Notes: generated from the sequence alone by a model not told the origin. 64,000 nt of DNA from Candidatus Nomurabacteria bacterium (GCA_963834935.1 CAWIDS010000003.1:37999-101998), one strand, 5' to 3'. Shown: positions 38,399-46,453, counted from the stretch's first letter. Program-made: numbers and translations.

Positions 38399-38737
38399 AT
38401 GAACATACTTTCAAAAGCGAAACCATGGGGAAATTCGCTGACGCTGACGCAGAATGAGAATTCGACCGTCAAGCTCCTGACTGTGAAAAAAGGTGAGGCA
38501 CTGAGCCTGCAGTATCATCAGAATCGGGAAGAATTCTGGAAAATATTAAAAGGAAATCCGGAGCTTGTCATCGGGGAAAAAACTATCGAAGCTCATCCTG
38601 ATGAAGAATACTCCGTTTTGCGAACTATCAAGCATCGCATCTCAGCGCCAACCGATGATGTCCTCATCCTAGAGATATCAAAAGGAACTTTTGACGAGAA
38701 TGATATAGTGCGCCTTAAAGATAAATATGGAAGATAA
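38399..38737 (+). CDS. Cupin-domain protein (mannose-6-phosphate isomerase type II C-terminal-like)
   Basis: SLQYHQNREEFW cupin motif 1. Confidence 0.6.
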   Translation: MNILSKAKPWGNSLTLTQNENSTVKLLTVKKGEALSLQYHQNREEFWKILKGNPELVIGEKTIEAHPDEEYSVLRTIKHRISAPTDDVLILEISKGTFDENDIVRLKDKYGR

Positions 38738-38767
38738 AAGCCAGCGGAGCAATTTTAATGCTTCTGT

Positions 38768-39334
38768 CTAATACTTTCGAATGACGCCTTTCACGATAGC
38801 AGCAATAGTGAGATCATTCTCCGGAAAGATCGGCTTGTATTTCTTGTTAGCAGGTTCAAGGTAAACTTTACCACCTTTCTTGCGTAGATATTTCATCGTC
38901 CAATCACCATCTACTTGGGCGATGACGATGTCGCCATCCTTCGGCTCGTTCTTGCGCTCAACGATAACGAGATCGCCTTCTTGGATGGCGGCATCGATCA
39001 TTGAATCGCCTTTCACTTCGAGAATGTAGGTCTTGTCCTTGTCGCCGACAAGATAGTCGTCGAGGCTTAACATGTCGAGCACTTGGGAATCGGCAACCGA
39101 AGGGATTCCGGCTTCAACCAACCCAAGAAGAGGCAATTCGTTCATCAATGATGTCGGCGTCAGCCGGCCGTTGTCATCCTTGGTGACTATTCCCTCCTCA
39201 ACCAACTTATTGATCAGCTTGTAGACGGCATTCTTGGATTTGAAGCCGACCAGATCCATGATCTCCTTATACCCAGGCATGCGACGATGCCGCTTGTAGA
39301 AGGAAGTTATTTTATTCTTGTATTGCTCGTACAT
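38768..39334 (-). CDS. lexA: LexA repressor (S24 peptidase)
   Basis: N-terminal winged helix-turn-helix; Ala-Gly cleavage site (VEAGIPS); GDSM catalytic Ser; Lys in MKYLRKKGG. Confidence 0.85.
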   Translation of the reverse strand: MYEQYKNKITSFYKRHRRMPGYKEIMDLVGFKSKNAVYKLINKLVEEGIVTKDDNGRLTPTSLMNELPLLGLVEAGIPSVADSQVLDMLSLDDYLVGDKDKTYILEVKGDSMIDAAIQEGDLVIVERKNEPKDGDIVIAQVDGDWTMKYLRKKGGKVYLEPANKKYKPIFPENDLTIAAIVKGVIRKY

Positions 39335-39355
39335 ATTGATGCTTTTGTTCCTGTA

Positions 39356-39562
39356 TTATAGGACGAAAGCGCTTAAAAAACTAAGAGATTCGGAAAGCCA
39401 TGATGAAGTGTAGCCTTGTAGGTCGCGAAGCTGCCTCGAAAGGAACTTGTGTCGGCGCGCTTCATTCTTGTATGGAAGGCCCTTGATGATCTTGATATCG
39501 ATCTCTGCGTTCAGCTTCGACAATTCCCTTTCTATTTTCCTACTTAATGCGTGATTGCTCAT
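39356..39562 (-). CDS. Small protein (68 aa) encoded immediately upstream of lexA in the same operon
   Basis: ATG at 39560-39562, 21 nt ahead of lexA; coiled-coil character, possibly a DUF465-like small protein. Confidence 0.5.
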   Translation of the reverse strand: MSNHALSRKIERELSKLNAEIDIKIIKGLPYKNEARRHKFLSRQLRDLQGYTSSWLSESLSFLSAFVL

Positions 39563-39599
39563 GTTTTTGTTGGTTATTTGATAATTTTCTTATATTTAT

Positions 39600-39628
39600 A
39601 GTATAGGTGAACTTAAGTTCACCGTCAA
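39600..39628 (-). promoter_or_regulatory. SOS promoter on the minus strand: -35 TTGACG, a 17-nt spacer and -10 TATACT, with a LexA operator-like palindrome GGTGAAC-TTAA-GTTCACC (39606-39623) filling the spacer exactly
   Basis: Perfect 7-4-7 inverted repeat of the Cheo-box type GAAC-N4-GTTC, read directly from the sequence. Confidence 0.6.
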
Positions 39629-39723
39629 GCAGATAGTTGTGGATAACTGAAAAAATAGACAATATCGCGAGGAGAAAGGCATAATGATTTTTAAAAAACC
39701 ATCAAGGCTATATCAACCACCCT

Positions 39724-39750
39724 CAGCCTGCGCTAAGCAGGTTTTTTATT
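39724..39750 (+). terminator. Rho-independent terminator upstream of tRNA-Gln
   Basis: cctgc-gctaa-gcagg followed by ttttttattt. Confidence 0.5.
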
Positions 39751-39797
39751 TGCTTGAAATATGCTAAATTGGGAACCTCAAGGGACCGCCCTTACAT

Positions 39798-39871
39798 TGC
39801 GAGATCGTCTAATGGTAGGACATCAGGTTTTGGTCCTGAGTATCTAGGTTCGAGTCCTAGTCTCGCAGCCA
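39798..39871 (+). tRNA. tRNA-Gln (anticodon UUG), CCA encoded
   Basis: Hand-folded cloverleaf: acceptor tgcgaga/tctcgca; D-arm gtct-aatggta-ggac; anticodon stem tcagg/cctga with loop ttTTGgt; T-arm ctagg-ttcgagt-cctag; discriminator g followed by cca. Confidence 0.8.
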
Positions 39872-39931
39872 GCGTATTACACGCCGAGTGACCGACTCGC
39901 GTTATATTTTTCAACCTAAAAAAGTCACTCC

Positions 39932-39944
39932 GTTCGAGTCCTAG
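39932..39944 (+). repeat. 13-nt direct repeat of the tRNA-Gln T-arm (GTTCGAGTCCTAG, identical to 39848-39860); an inverted copy GACTCGAA lies at 39962-39969
   Basis: Exact match 72 nt downstream of the tRNA 3' end, resembling an attachment-site scar. Confidence 0.5.
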
Positions 39945-40031
39945 ATACATGACAGGAAAGAGACTCGAACAGCACTAGGGATGGTGGTTAAGTTTAAATG
40001 ATACAATTAGGTTTATAATATTTTAAAAACT

Positions 40032-40415
40032 ATGAACACGGAACTTATTGAATCTATAGGATCACGAGGTGAAAATTTGCTTGAGAAAAATCTTCACAAA
40101 GATGAAACCGTTCTTGTAAAATTAGGGGGTTCATTTGGTGAAGCTTTGGTTATGACAAACAAGCACGTTTATATTATTAAGTGGGGCTTAATGACCCATA
40201 ATGTTTTTGGAGGCAATTGCAATGCTTTTGATTATGGAAATATTGTTGGACTTGAGATAAAAAGAAGTCTTATAAACGGCACTGTAGAAGTTTTAACTGC
40301 TGCAAATAAAGATGTGAAGACAAGACAATCGGTTACCCGTCGCTCTCAAGGGGGAAACCCTCAGGCTCTTTCTTCAATCGCTTTTTTCTTGTCTGATTTA
40401 TCCTGTCTATTTTAA
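40032..40415 (+). CDS. Hypothetical protein (127 aa) with a bacterial PH-like (bPH/DUF304-like) signature, encoded by a low-GC gene
   Basis: KDETVLVKLGGSFGEALVMTNKHVYIIKWG; the local GC is clearly lower than in the flanks; TATAAT at 40014. Confidence 0.5.
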   Translation: MNTELIESIGSRGENLLEKNLHKDETVLVKLGGSFGEALVMTNKHVYIIKWGLMTHNVFGGNCNAFDYGNIVGLEIKRSLINGTVEVLTAANKDVKTRQSVTRRSQGGNPQALSSIAFFLSDLSCLF

Positions 40416-40563
40416 ATAAGATGTCGAAAAGCCCTGCTAAATTGCGAATACCCTCTGGATCCATGGGATCCTCTACCGCTTCATATGTTACTTCCATATT
40501 TTTTTATGAATATGACTTATAAACGAGACACCGACAGATGTCTCGCTAGGGGAATTCGTTCAG

Positions 40564-41027
40564 ATGATCCGAAAGGAAAATATGCCTGAATCAGAACCGG
40601 AGCAACAGCTCCAAAACCTACGAACGTACCTCACCATCAGCGAGCCTTTCAGACACTACCGCGGCAAATTAGGCAACGGCTGGACAGGAACAGGAATGTT
40701 CCTTGAGCTAAAAGATTCGAGTCCACGGCAATACTCGATCAGTTCGACTGGCGCAATAGCCAGATACGCGTGCTCATGAACCACCGGGCGAAACTTCGTC
40801 GAGACGGTCAACTGGCCGCATTTGAGGAACTCAGCTGCGCACTCACCAACCCTGACTTCGTCATTACTGACGAAGAGCTTCCACTTCACAAGAGAACTCC
40901 CGGCGTCCTGCTTTTGTACTACCCTGAGCGGATACTGGAATTGATCAAGTGGATGAAGCTCGTTAGTCCGGAGATAGTGGACTTGCAGCTTGGTCATCCT
41001 GGATCATTTGCATTTGGATATGAATGA
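40564..41027 (+). pseudogene. Two overlapping ORFs in different frames (71 aa and 85 aa); possibly one disrupted gene
   Basis: The ORFs at 40564-40779 and 40770-41027 overlap by 10 nt; there is no recognisable family; an antisense 113-aa ORF also exists. Confidence 0.25.
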
Positions 41028-41198
41028 TTCGCTCTTCGACCTCAAGCGCTGGCGGGATCAGGAAAATGAACCCGACAAGAATGAAATAGGGCTGAAACTT
41101 CATTTCCTTGAAAATTAAGCAGTTTGATTTCTCACACACTCAGTCCGGACGAAAGTCTAGACGGGGTGTTTTTTATTTCAAATTGGTATACTGTCCCC

Positions 41199-41657
41199 AT
41201 GCAAAATTACTGGCTCATAAAAAGCGAACCGACCTGCTATTCGATTGACGACCTTGCAAGGGACAGGCAAACGCTCTGGACCGGAGTCAGGAATTACCAA
41301 GCACGGAATTTCATGAGGGATGAGATGAAGCCGGGCGACCTTGCTCTATTTTATCATTCAAGCACCGAGGTGATCGGCGTCGTTGGCGTTGCAGAAATAT
41401 CCGGTCCGTCCGTATTCGATAAGACAGCCTTAGACAAGAAAGATGATCATTTCGACCCGAAAGCCACCAGGCAAGATCCGATCTGGTATGCGGCACAAAT
41501 AAAATTCAAAAGAAAATTGGCAAAGCCAGTGACATTGGTACAGATAAAATTCAACCCGAAGCTCAAAGGCATCATGGTAGCAGCTACCGGATCGCGCCTT
41601 TCCGTCCAACCTGTCTCGGAAGCTCATTACAAGGAAATCATTGCCATGGCGGAATAA
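41199..41657 (+). CDS. EVE (PUA-like) domain protein
   Basis: YWLIKSEP...WTGVRNYQARNFMRDEMKPGDLALFYHS; leaderless, with TGgTATACT at 41184-41192 lying 6 nt before the ATG. Confidence 0.7.
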   Translation: MQNYWLIKSEPTCYSIDDLARDRQTLWTGVRNYQARNFMRDEMKPGDLALFYHSSTEVIGVVGVAEISGPSVFDKTALDKKDDHFDPKATRQDPIWYAAQIKFKRKLAKPVTLVQIKFNPKLKGIMVAATGSRLSVQPVSEAHYKEIIAMAE

Positions 41658-41700
41658 TTAACCAATTCTCTCTGTCCAGATTTTTTATTATAATATATCC

Positions 41701-42666
41701 ATGAGCACCGAAAAGAAATTCGCTTTCCTCCGCATCGCCTTCGGCTGCGTTTGGGCTATTGATGCCTGGTTCAAGTGGCAGCCTGCATTCCTTAATGGTC
41801 TCAGCGACATGCTGACATCAATGCTCGCCGGCCAGCCGGGGTGGGTCCAGGCATGGATCAACCTCTGGATATCCATAATCAGCATCAATCCTCACTTTTT
41901 TGCTCTCATCATCGCCCTCACTGAGACCGCAATTGCCCTCTCCCTCATCTTTGGCTTCCTTACCCACATTACGCTGGCCACAAGCATCGTTTTCTCGCTG
42001 CTCATCTGGTCTGTCGGAGAAGGATTCGGCGGCCCATATGCGGCAGGCTCGACAGACATGGGCTGTGCCGTTATATATGCATTCGTTGCCGCTGCCTTGT
42101 GGTTCGGCCATTCATGGAGAGCTTACAGCGCTGACAGCCTCATATGGAAAGATCCCCATCATGTTGCCGTCGTCCGCGAAGATAAGAAAGATACCATCAT
42201 CAAGCTTCTAATTCTTGGCATCATTATCCTTGGCTCGATCATTCTATCTGCTCACGTACCCGCAGCAACAGCGCCTTCTGATCAAAGCATAAGCACCGGT
42301 CCCGGCGCCATGGCGCCTGCAGGCATGACACTGAAAACACTCGACCTTGCTCCGACTGATCCTGTTCCCACCGTCGCTTTCACTATCAATAAGGATCCTG
42401 TGGCCATGGGCGGCTGGGATGTGCATATCACCACCACGAACTTCATCTTCACGCCGCAGAACGTGAATCAGGCGCCCGTCGTAGATCAGGGCCATGCGCA
42501 TTTGTATGTCGACAGCAAGATGTATGTCGTCTACGGTAATTGGTATCACCTCGACGATGTCCCTCCCGGACAGCATCTCATAACCGTCTCCCTTATGGCC
42601 AATGACCACAGCATTTTCTCGAAAAACAGGCAATGGATCGAAGCCACGACAACGATTAACCAATAG
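41701..42666 (+). CDS. DoxX-family membrane protein fused to a C-terminal extracytoplasmic domain of about 130 aa
   Basis: Four transmembrane helices (DoxX-like) followed by a soluble domain containing GHAHLYVD. Confidence 0.6.
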   Translation: MSTEKKFAFLRIAFGCVWAIDAWFKWQPAFLNGLSDMLTSMLAGQPGWVQAWINLWISIISINPHFFALIIALTETAIALSLIFGFLTHITLATSIVFSLLIWSVGEGFGGPYAAGSTDMGCAVIYAFVAAALWFGHSWRAYSADSLIWKDPHHVAVVREDKKDTIIKLLILGIIILGSIILSAHVPAATAPSDQSISTGPGAMAPAGMTLKTLDLAPTDPVPTVAFTINKDPVAMGGWDVHITTTNFIFTPQNVNQAPVVDQGHAHLYVDSKMYVVYGNWYHLDDVPPGQHLITVSLMANDHSIFSKNRQWIEATTTINQ

Positions 42667-42680
42667 AAAGTTAGAAAAAA

Positions 42681-42710
42681 TAAAAATCCCCTTGCTGGGG
42701 ATTTTTATTT
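42681..42710. terminator. Bidirectional intrinsic terminator
   Basis: aaaaa-atcccc-ttgct-ggggat-ttttatt. Confidence 0.65.
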
Positions 42711-42727
42711 GTCAGATCAACGTTGCC

Positions 42728-43549
42728 TTAGAATCCGAAGATGTGCATGAAGAACTGGCCGATACCTGCCAAGAAGCCTTTAGGCTTGGCATTTTGGGGT
42801 CCTGGAGCAGGATTTGCGCCTCCGGAATTAGCACCCGCTTGTCGATCAATGATGGTAGATGCAGCGATAGCATTTCCATTTATGGTTCCCTGGACGACAA
42901 CAGTATCACCGACTGCGATATTTGAGATGCTTGCAGCGGTGTTTCCTTCAACAACTTTGGCATTCGTGGCATCAACAGTATACGAGACGTTGCTTGAATT
43001 AGTGATGACGACGGAGTCTCCGTTAATCGATGCCACTTTTCCAGCAACTATAGGATTTCCATTGCCCACGAAGGGTGCTGTGCCGGAAGCTGAGCGGGGT
43101 CCGCCTTGTGCACCCGGTGCGCCGCGCATGCCGACGCCGTCACGTATTATGGTTGCAGTGACATTCGTTCCGCTCACTGTTCCCTGGACGAAGACATTGT
43201 CGCCAGTTGCGATGTTTGAAACGCTGCTTGTAGCATTATTCTTCATCACAATCGCATTTGTCGCATCGACTGTATAAGTGACCGACGCAGCGCCCGAGCC
43301 CATGCCCTGACGGCCGCTGACCGTGATGGAATTTCCATTCACAGCCGAAACAGTACCAACAACCGCAGGACGCATGCCTCCCATCCTATATCCGCCTGGA
43401 CCCCGACCTTGCTGTCCCGAGCCTCCGCTAATACCAACATTAACGTTCGCGTTAACACCTACGCTCTGGGCAGAAGCAGGGAGAGTCAGTGAAAGGCTGG
43501 TAAAAAGGGCTGCTATGGCAATGATTGAAGCGATTTTCTTGATTTTCAT
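42728..43549 (-). CDS. Secreted protein with two tandem DUF5666-like repeats and Gly-rich linkers
   Basis: Signal peptide; repeat units ITV...VSYTVDATNA.V......SNIA.GD.V.VQGT..G....A..I occur twice. Confidence 0.65.
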   Translation of the reverse strand: MKIKKIASIIAIAALFTSLSLTLPASAQSVGVNANVNVGISGGSGQQGRGPGGYRMGGMRPAVVGTVSAVNGNSITVSGRQGMGSGAASVTYTVDATNAIVMKNNATSSVSNIATGDNVFVQGTVSGTNVTATIIRDGVGMRGAPGAQGGPRSASGTAPFVGNGNPIVAGKVASINGDSVVITNSSNVSYTVDATNAKVVEGNTAASISNIAVGDTVVVQGTINGNAIAASTIIDRQAGANSGGANPAPGPQNAKPKGFLAGIGQFFMHIFGF

Positions 43550-43687
43550 TTGATTTTTAAGGGTTAGTCTAATAACAAGGCTTCACAGCCTCATACTCTT
43601 AATACGTTCCCTGTGGCAAAAGGTTGCATCAATGCTTTTTTACACCACATTTATGCTTTTGTTACAAAAAGTGAGATAATACACGCA

Positions 43688-44389
43688 ATGAAAGGGAAAA
43701 TAGCAATCATCACCGGAGGCGAGCGAGGCTTAGGAAAAGCTTTGGCAGTACTTCTCAGATCAAAAGGGGTTGAAGTGGTCATTTGCGGCGTCGAAAAAGA
43801 AGAGCTTGAGAAAACCGCGAATGAGCTCGGCGTTACGCCCTTTTTTGCTGATGTTTCTGAGGAAGAAGAGGTGAAGAATGCGGCGAGAGAGACGCTTGCG
43901 CGCTTCGGCGCGATAGATATATGGATAAACAATGCGGGCGTCTGGATTCCGCGCATGCCGATCGAAGAAATCGACACTCAAAAAGCAAAACGGCTTTTTG
44001 AGGTTAATGTCTTCGGATCAATCTTCGGAATGAAATCGGCGGTCGCTGCGATGAAGGATCGAGAAGGCGGAACGATCATCAATATTCTCTCCACTACTGT
44101 GTTTCCCGGCGGCAACGGATCAAGCTCATGCATCTACACCTCAAGCAAATCGGCAATCAAGGGATTCGCCGAAGCGCTTCGCGAGGAACTCAAAGGAACA
44201 GCTATCAGGATAATCAACGCCTACCCCGGCGGAATAAAGACAGACCTCTTCAATGAGAAGATTCCCGCAAACATCGGCGACTTCATGACGCCTGAATCGG
44301 TCTCGGAAAAGATCGTCGCTAATCTCGAAAAAGAAAATCCTGAGCTCGATCTCATCATCAAGCGTCCGGGACAAAGCATCATCTTATGA
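43688..44389 (+). CDS. SDR-family oxidoreductase
   Basis: TGGERGLG NAD(P)-binding motif; YxxxK. Leaderless, with TGaGATAAT at 43672-43680 lying 7 nt before the ATG. Confidence 0.85.
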   Translation: MKGKIAIITGGERGLGKALAVLLRSKGVEVVICGVEKEELEKTANELGVTPFFADVSEEEEVKNAARETLARFGAIDIWINNAGVWIPRMPIEEIDTQKAKRLFEVNVFGSIFGMKSAVAAMKDREGGTIINILSTTVFPGGNGSSSCIYTSSKSAIKGFAEALREELKGTAIRIINAYPGGIKTDLFNEKIPANIGDFMTPESVSEKIVANLEKENPELDLIIKRPGQSIIL

Positions 44390-44662
44390 AAAAGACAAAA
44401 CTCGAAACGATGAGAAAAAAACTGAATGTACTCGATGAAAGGCTCATCCGCATCCTTGCAAAAAGGCAGTCTTACATGCCGGCAATCGGCGCTTGGAAAA
44501 AAAGAATGCAAGCTGCCCATAAGTTACCCTGCGCGAGAAAGAGAGATCATCAAGAATATGCGCGCGCTTGCAAAGGAGAAAAATATTGACCCTGACCTAA
44601 TCGAGAAGATATTCAAAGCAATCTTCAAGGACGCAAAAAGGATTCAGAGGTATAATGACTAG
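44386..44662 (+). pseudogene. AroQ-type chorismate mutase interrupted by a frameshift in an A7 run at 44497-44503
   Basis: The N-terminal part (MKKTKLETMRKKLNVLDERLIRILAKRQSYMPAIGAWKK) and the C-terminal part (KLPISYPAREREIIKNMRALAKEKNIDPDLIEKIFKAIFKDA) lie in two frames; deleting one A restores a single 91-aa ORF. Confidence 0.6.
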
Positions 44663-45079
44663 ATGAAAGGGAAAAATCAAAATGAAAGAGAATACAGGGA
44701 ATACAAACGTCCGAGCTGGGCTCCACCATCGTGGCTTTTTGCGCCGGTATGGAGCTTCCTTTATGCCCTGATATTGGTCTCGTTCAGCTATGCAGGCTAT
44801 CTCTATCTCGCCCGTGTGATACCCTTCATTGTACTGCTGCCGTTCATCCTCAACATTATCTTCAATGTCACCTACACGACATTTCAATTCAAGCTGAAGA
44901 ATTTCGTGCTCGCTTCCATTGATGTGCTTCTTATCCTCGGCACCCTCATCTGGGCAATGATAACAGTCTATCCTTTCGTCCATTGGGTCACCGTCATCAA
45001 CATCCCTTATCTGCTCTGGGTTTCCTTCGCTACCATCCTTGAATTCACCGTAGTCACGATGAACTGGAATAGGAAATAG
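44663..45079 (+). CDS. tspO: TspO/MBR (tryptophan-rich sensory protein) family protein
   Basis: SWAPPSWLFAPVWSFLY and five transmembrane helices. Confidence 0.8.
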   Translation: MKGKNQNEREYREYKRPSWAPPSWLFAPVWSFLYALILVSFSYAGYLYLARVIPFIVLLPFILNIIFNVTYTTFQFKLKNFVLASIDVLLILGTLIWAMITVYPFVHWVTVINIPYLLWVSFATILEFTVVTMNWNRK

Positions 45080-45085
45080 ACGGAA

Positions 45086-45112
45086 AATAAAAAAGCTTGC
45101 ATAAATGCAAGC
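45086..45112 (-). terminator. Rho-independent terminator of pheA
   Basis: Minus strand: gcttgca-ttta-tgcaagc followed by a T-run. Confidence 0.6.
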
Positions 45113-45132
45113 CTGCTGGCTAACAGCGAAAC

Positions 45133-46026
45133 CTAAACAACCTTGAACGGGCCGAAAAGCAAGTGCTGCTTTGTCTGCTTGGCGAATGCCGCCAATGCCC
45201 TGTCGAAAGCTTCCCTCTCTATGTCCTTCATCTCGACCTCGATAGCGAAGTGATAAATATACTCCTTCACGTGAACCGAGTGGATCTGGACCAGATTCAG
45301 TTTCTCTTCCTTGAACGGCAGCAGCGCGTTCACAAGCGAGCCCGAGTCATGAGAAATGCTGAAGACTATCAATGCTCGCTCCACTTCCCCTTTCTTTCTT
45401 CCATCAGCAACTGCCGTGCTCCGGGGAGTAAGAAGGAAGAAAGCGGTGATTGCCTCACTATCTTCAAAAGCATTATCAAGGATATCCAGTCCATACTTGA
45501 GCGCGGCAGACTTCGGACCAAGTGCTGCGCAATCGGCATATCGTTCATCTTCTGCCACCAGTCTCGCGGCCTCGCCATTGCTCGAAACCTCAAGCGTCGG
45601 CATGGCATTCTCAGCGATCCTGTTTTTGCATGCGCCAAGCGCCTTCGGGTGCGCTATGATTCTCGAAACGGAAGATTTACTCATCCCCTTCTGTACCATC
45701 AGGCAAAAATGAAGTTTCAGCCTGACGGCTCCTGCTACCTGTAAAGGGCAATTTTCGTTTTTGCCATAGGATTGTAGGAGCTCGATGAACGACTCGAGCG
45801 GCTCGGTAACCCTGCCTTGAGCACGCGTCTCCATGGCAATCGCGCCGTATCCGCCATGAGCAATGACCGTTTTTATGATTTCCGCATTTGATGAAGCCGG
45901 AATGCAATTGCTTTCCGATTCTGAATCTGCGACTTGCGGCGCACCGAATATCTCTGCAAGCGCCACATAGGCATCATGCGAGAAGGTAGCCCCGACAGGT
46001 CCGAGGAATGTGATTTTTGGTTTCAT
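45133..46026 (-). CDS. pheA: Prephenate dehydratase (PDT domain plus ACT domain)
   Basis: TFLGPVGATFSHDA and the C-terminal ACT regulatory domain. Confidence 0.85.
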   Translation of the reverse strand: MKPKITFLGPVGATFSHDAYVALAEIFGAPQVADSESESNCIPASSNAEIIKTVIAHGGYGAIAMETRAQGRVTEPLESFIELLQSYGKNENCPLQVAGAVRLKLHFCLMVQKGMSKSSVSRIIAHPKALGACKNRIAENAMPTLEVSSNGEAARLVAEDERYADCAALGPKSAALKYGLDILDNAFEDSEAITAFFLLTPRSTAVADGRKKGEVERALIVFSISHDSGSLVNALLPFKEEKLNLVQIHSVHVKEYIYHFAIEVEMKDIEREAFDRALAAFAKQTKQHLLFGPFKVV

Positions 46027-46071
46027 TTTTTATTTTCTGTTTTACTATCGTTTAAAGGACAGTCCAAAAAA

Positions 46072-46105
46072 CAAAAACCGCCATCCGGAGTGGATGGCGG
46101 TTTTT
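46072..46105. terminator. Bidirectional intrinsic terminator
   Basis: aaaaaa-ccgccatcc-ggagt-ggatggcgg-ttttt. Confidence 0.65.
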
Positions 46106-46210
46106 GAATCTAGATCTTATACGCGCGCCAACTCCCTCCGGTTTTCCGTTTCGTTGAAAAAGAATCCAAAAAAAATATTTGCTCGTATCATGAGGTTATA
46201 TTAGCAGATT

Positions 46211-46453
46211 TTAGCGGTCTAAGCAACACTTGCAATTCTTCGCTGCTACCTTTGATCCTGCTCCGATGATGAGAAGTATCGGCCAGACGATGCTGAAGAC
46301 GAAGAATGTTATGACATTGAATTCGACAAGCAATACTGCAATGGCGAAAATGATGACGAGGATAGGGGTGATATTGTGATGCTGGCATCCGCAGACCTTA
46401 CCGCCCGATGAGGCGATTCTGTGTTCGTGGTTATGTTCGTGTTCTTCAGGCAT
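46211..46453 (-). CDS. Small His/Cys-rich membrane protein (80 aa)
   Basis: N-terminal MPEEHEHNHEHR...CGCQHHN, two transmembrane helices and a C-terminal CKCC; likely metal-binding. Confidence 0.5.
   Translation of the reverse strand: MPEEHEHNHEHRIASSGGKVCGCQHHNITPILVIIFAIAVLLVEFNVITFFVFSIVWPILLIIGAGSKVAAKNCKCCLDR

Noticed and set aside
39932-39969. A second tRNA or a pseudo-tRNA downstream of tRNA-Gln
   Set aside because: The T-arm copy lacks complementary acceptor, D and anticodon stems on either strand. It is interpreted as an attachment-type repeat.
40656-40997. Minus-strand 113-aa ORF in the islet
   Set aside because: There is no promoter, Shine-Dalgarno site or terminator support, and the overlapping plus-strand ORFs fit the local gene orientation. 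It is left unresolved and not called.
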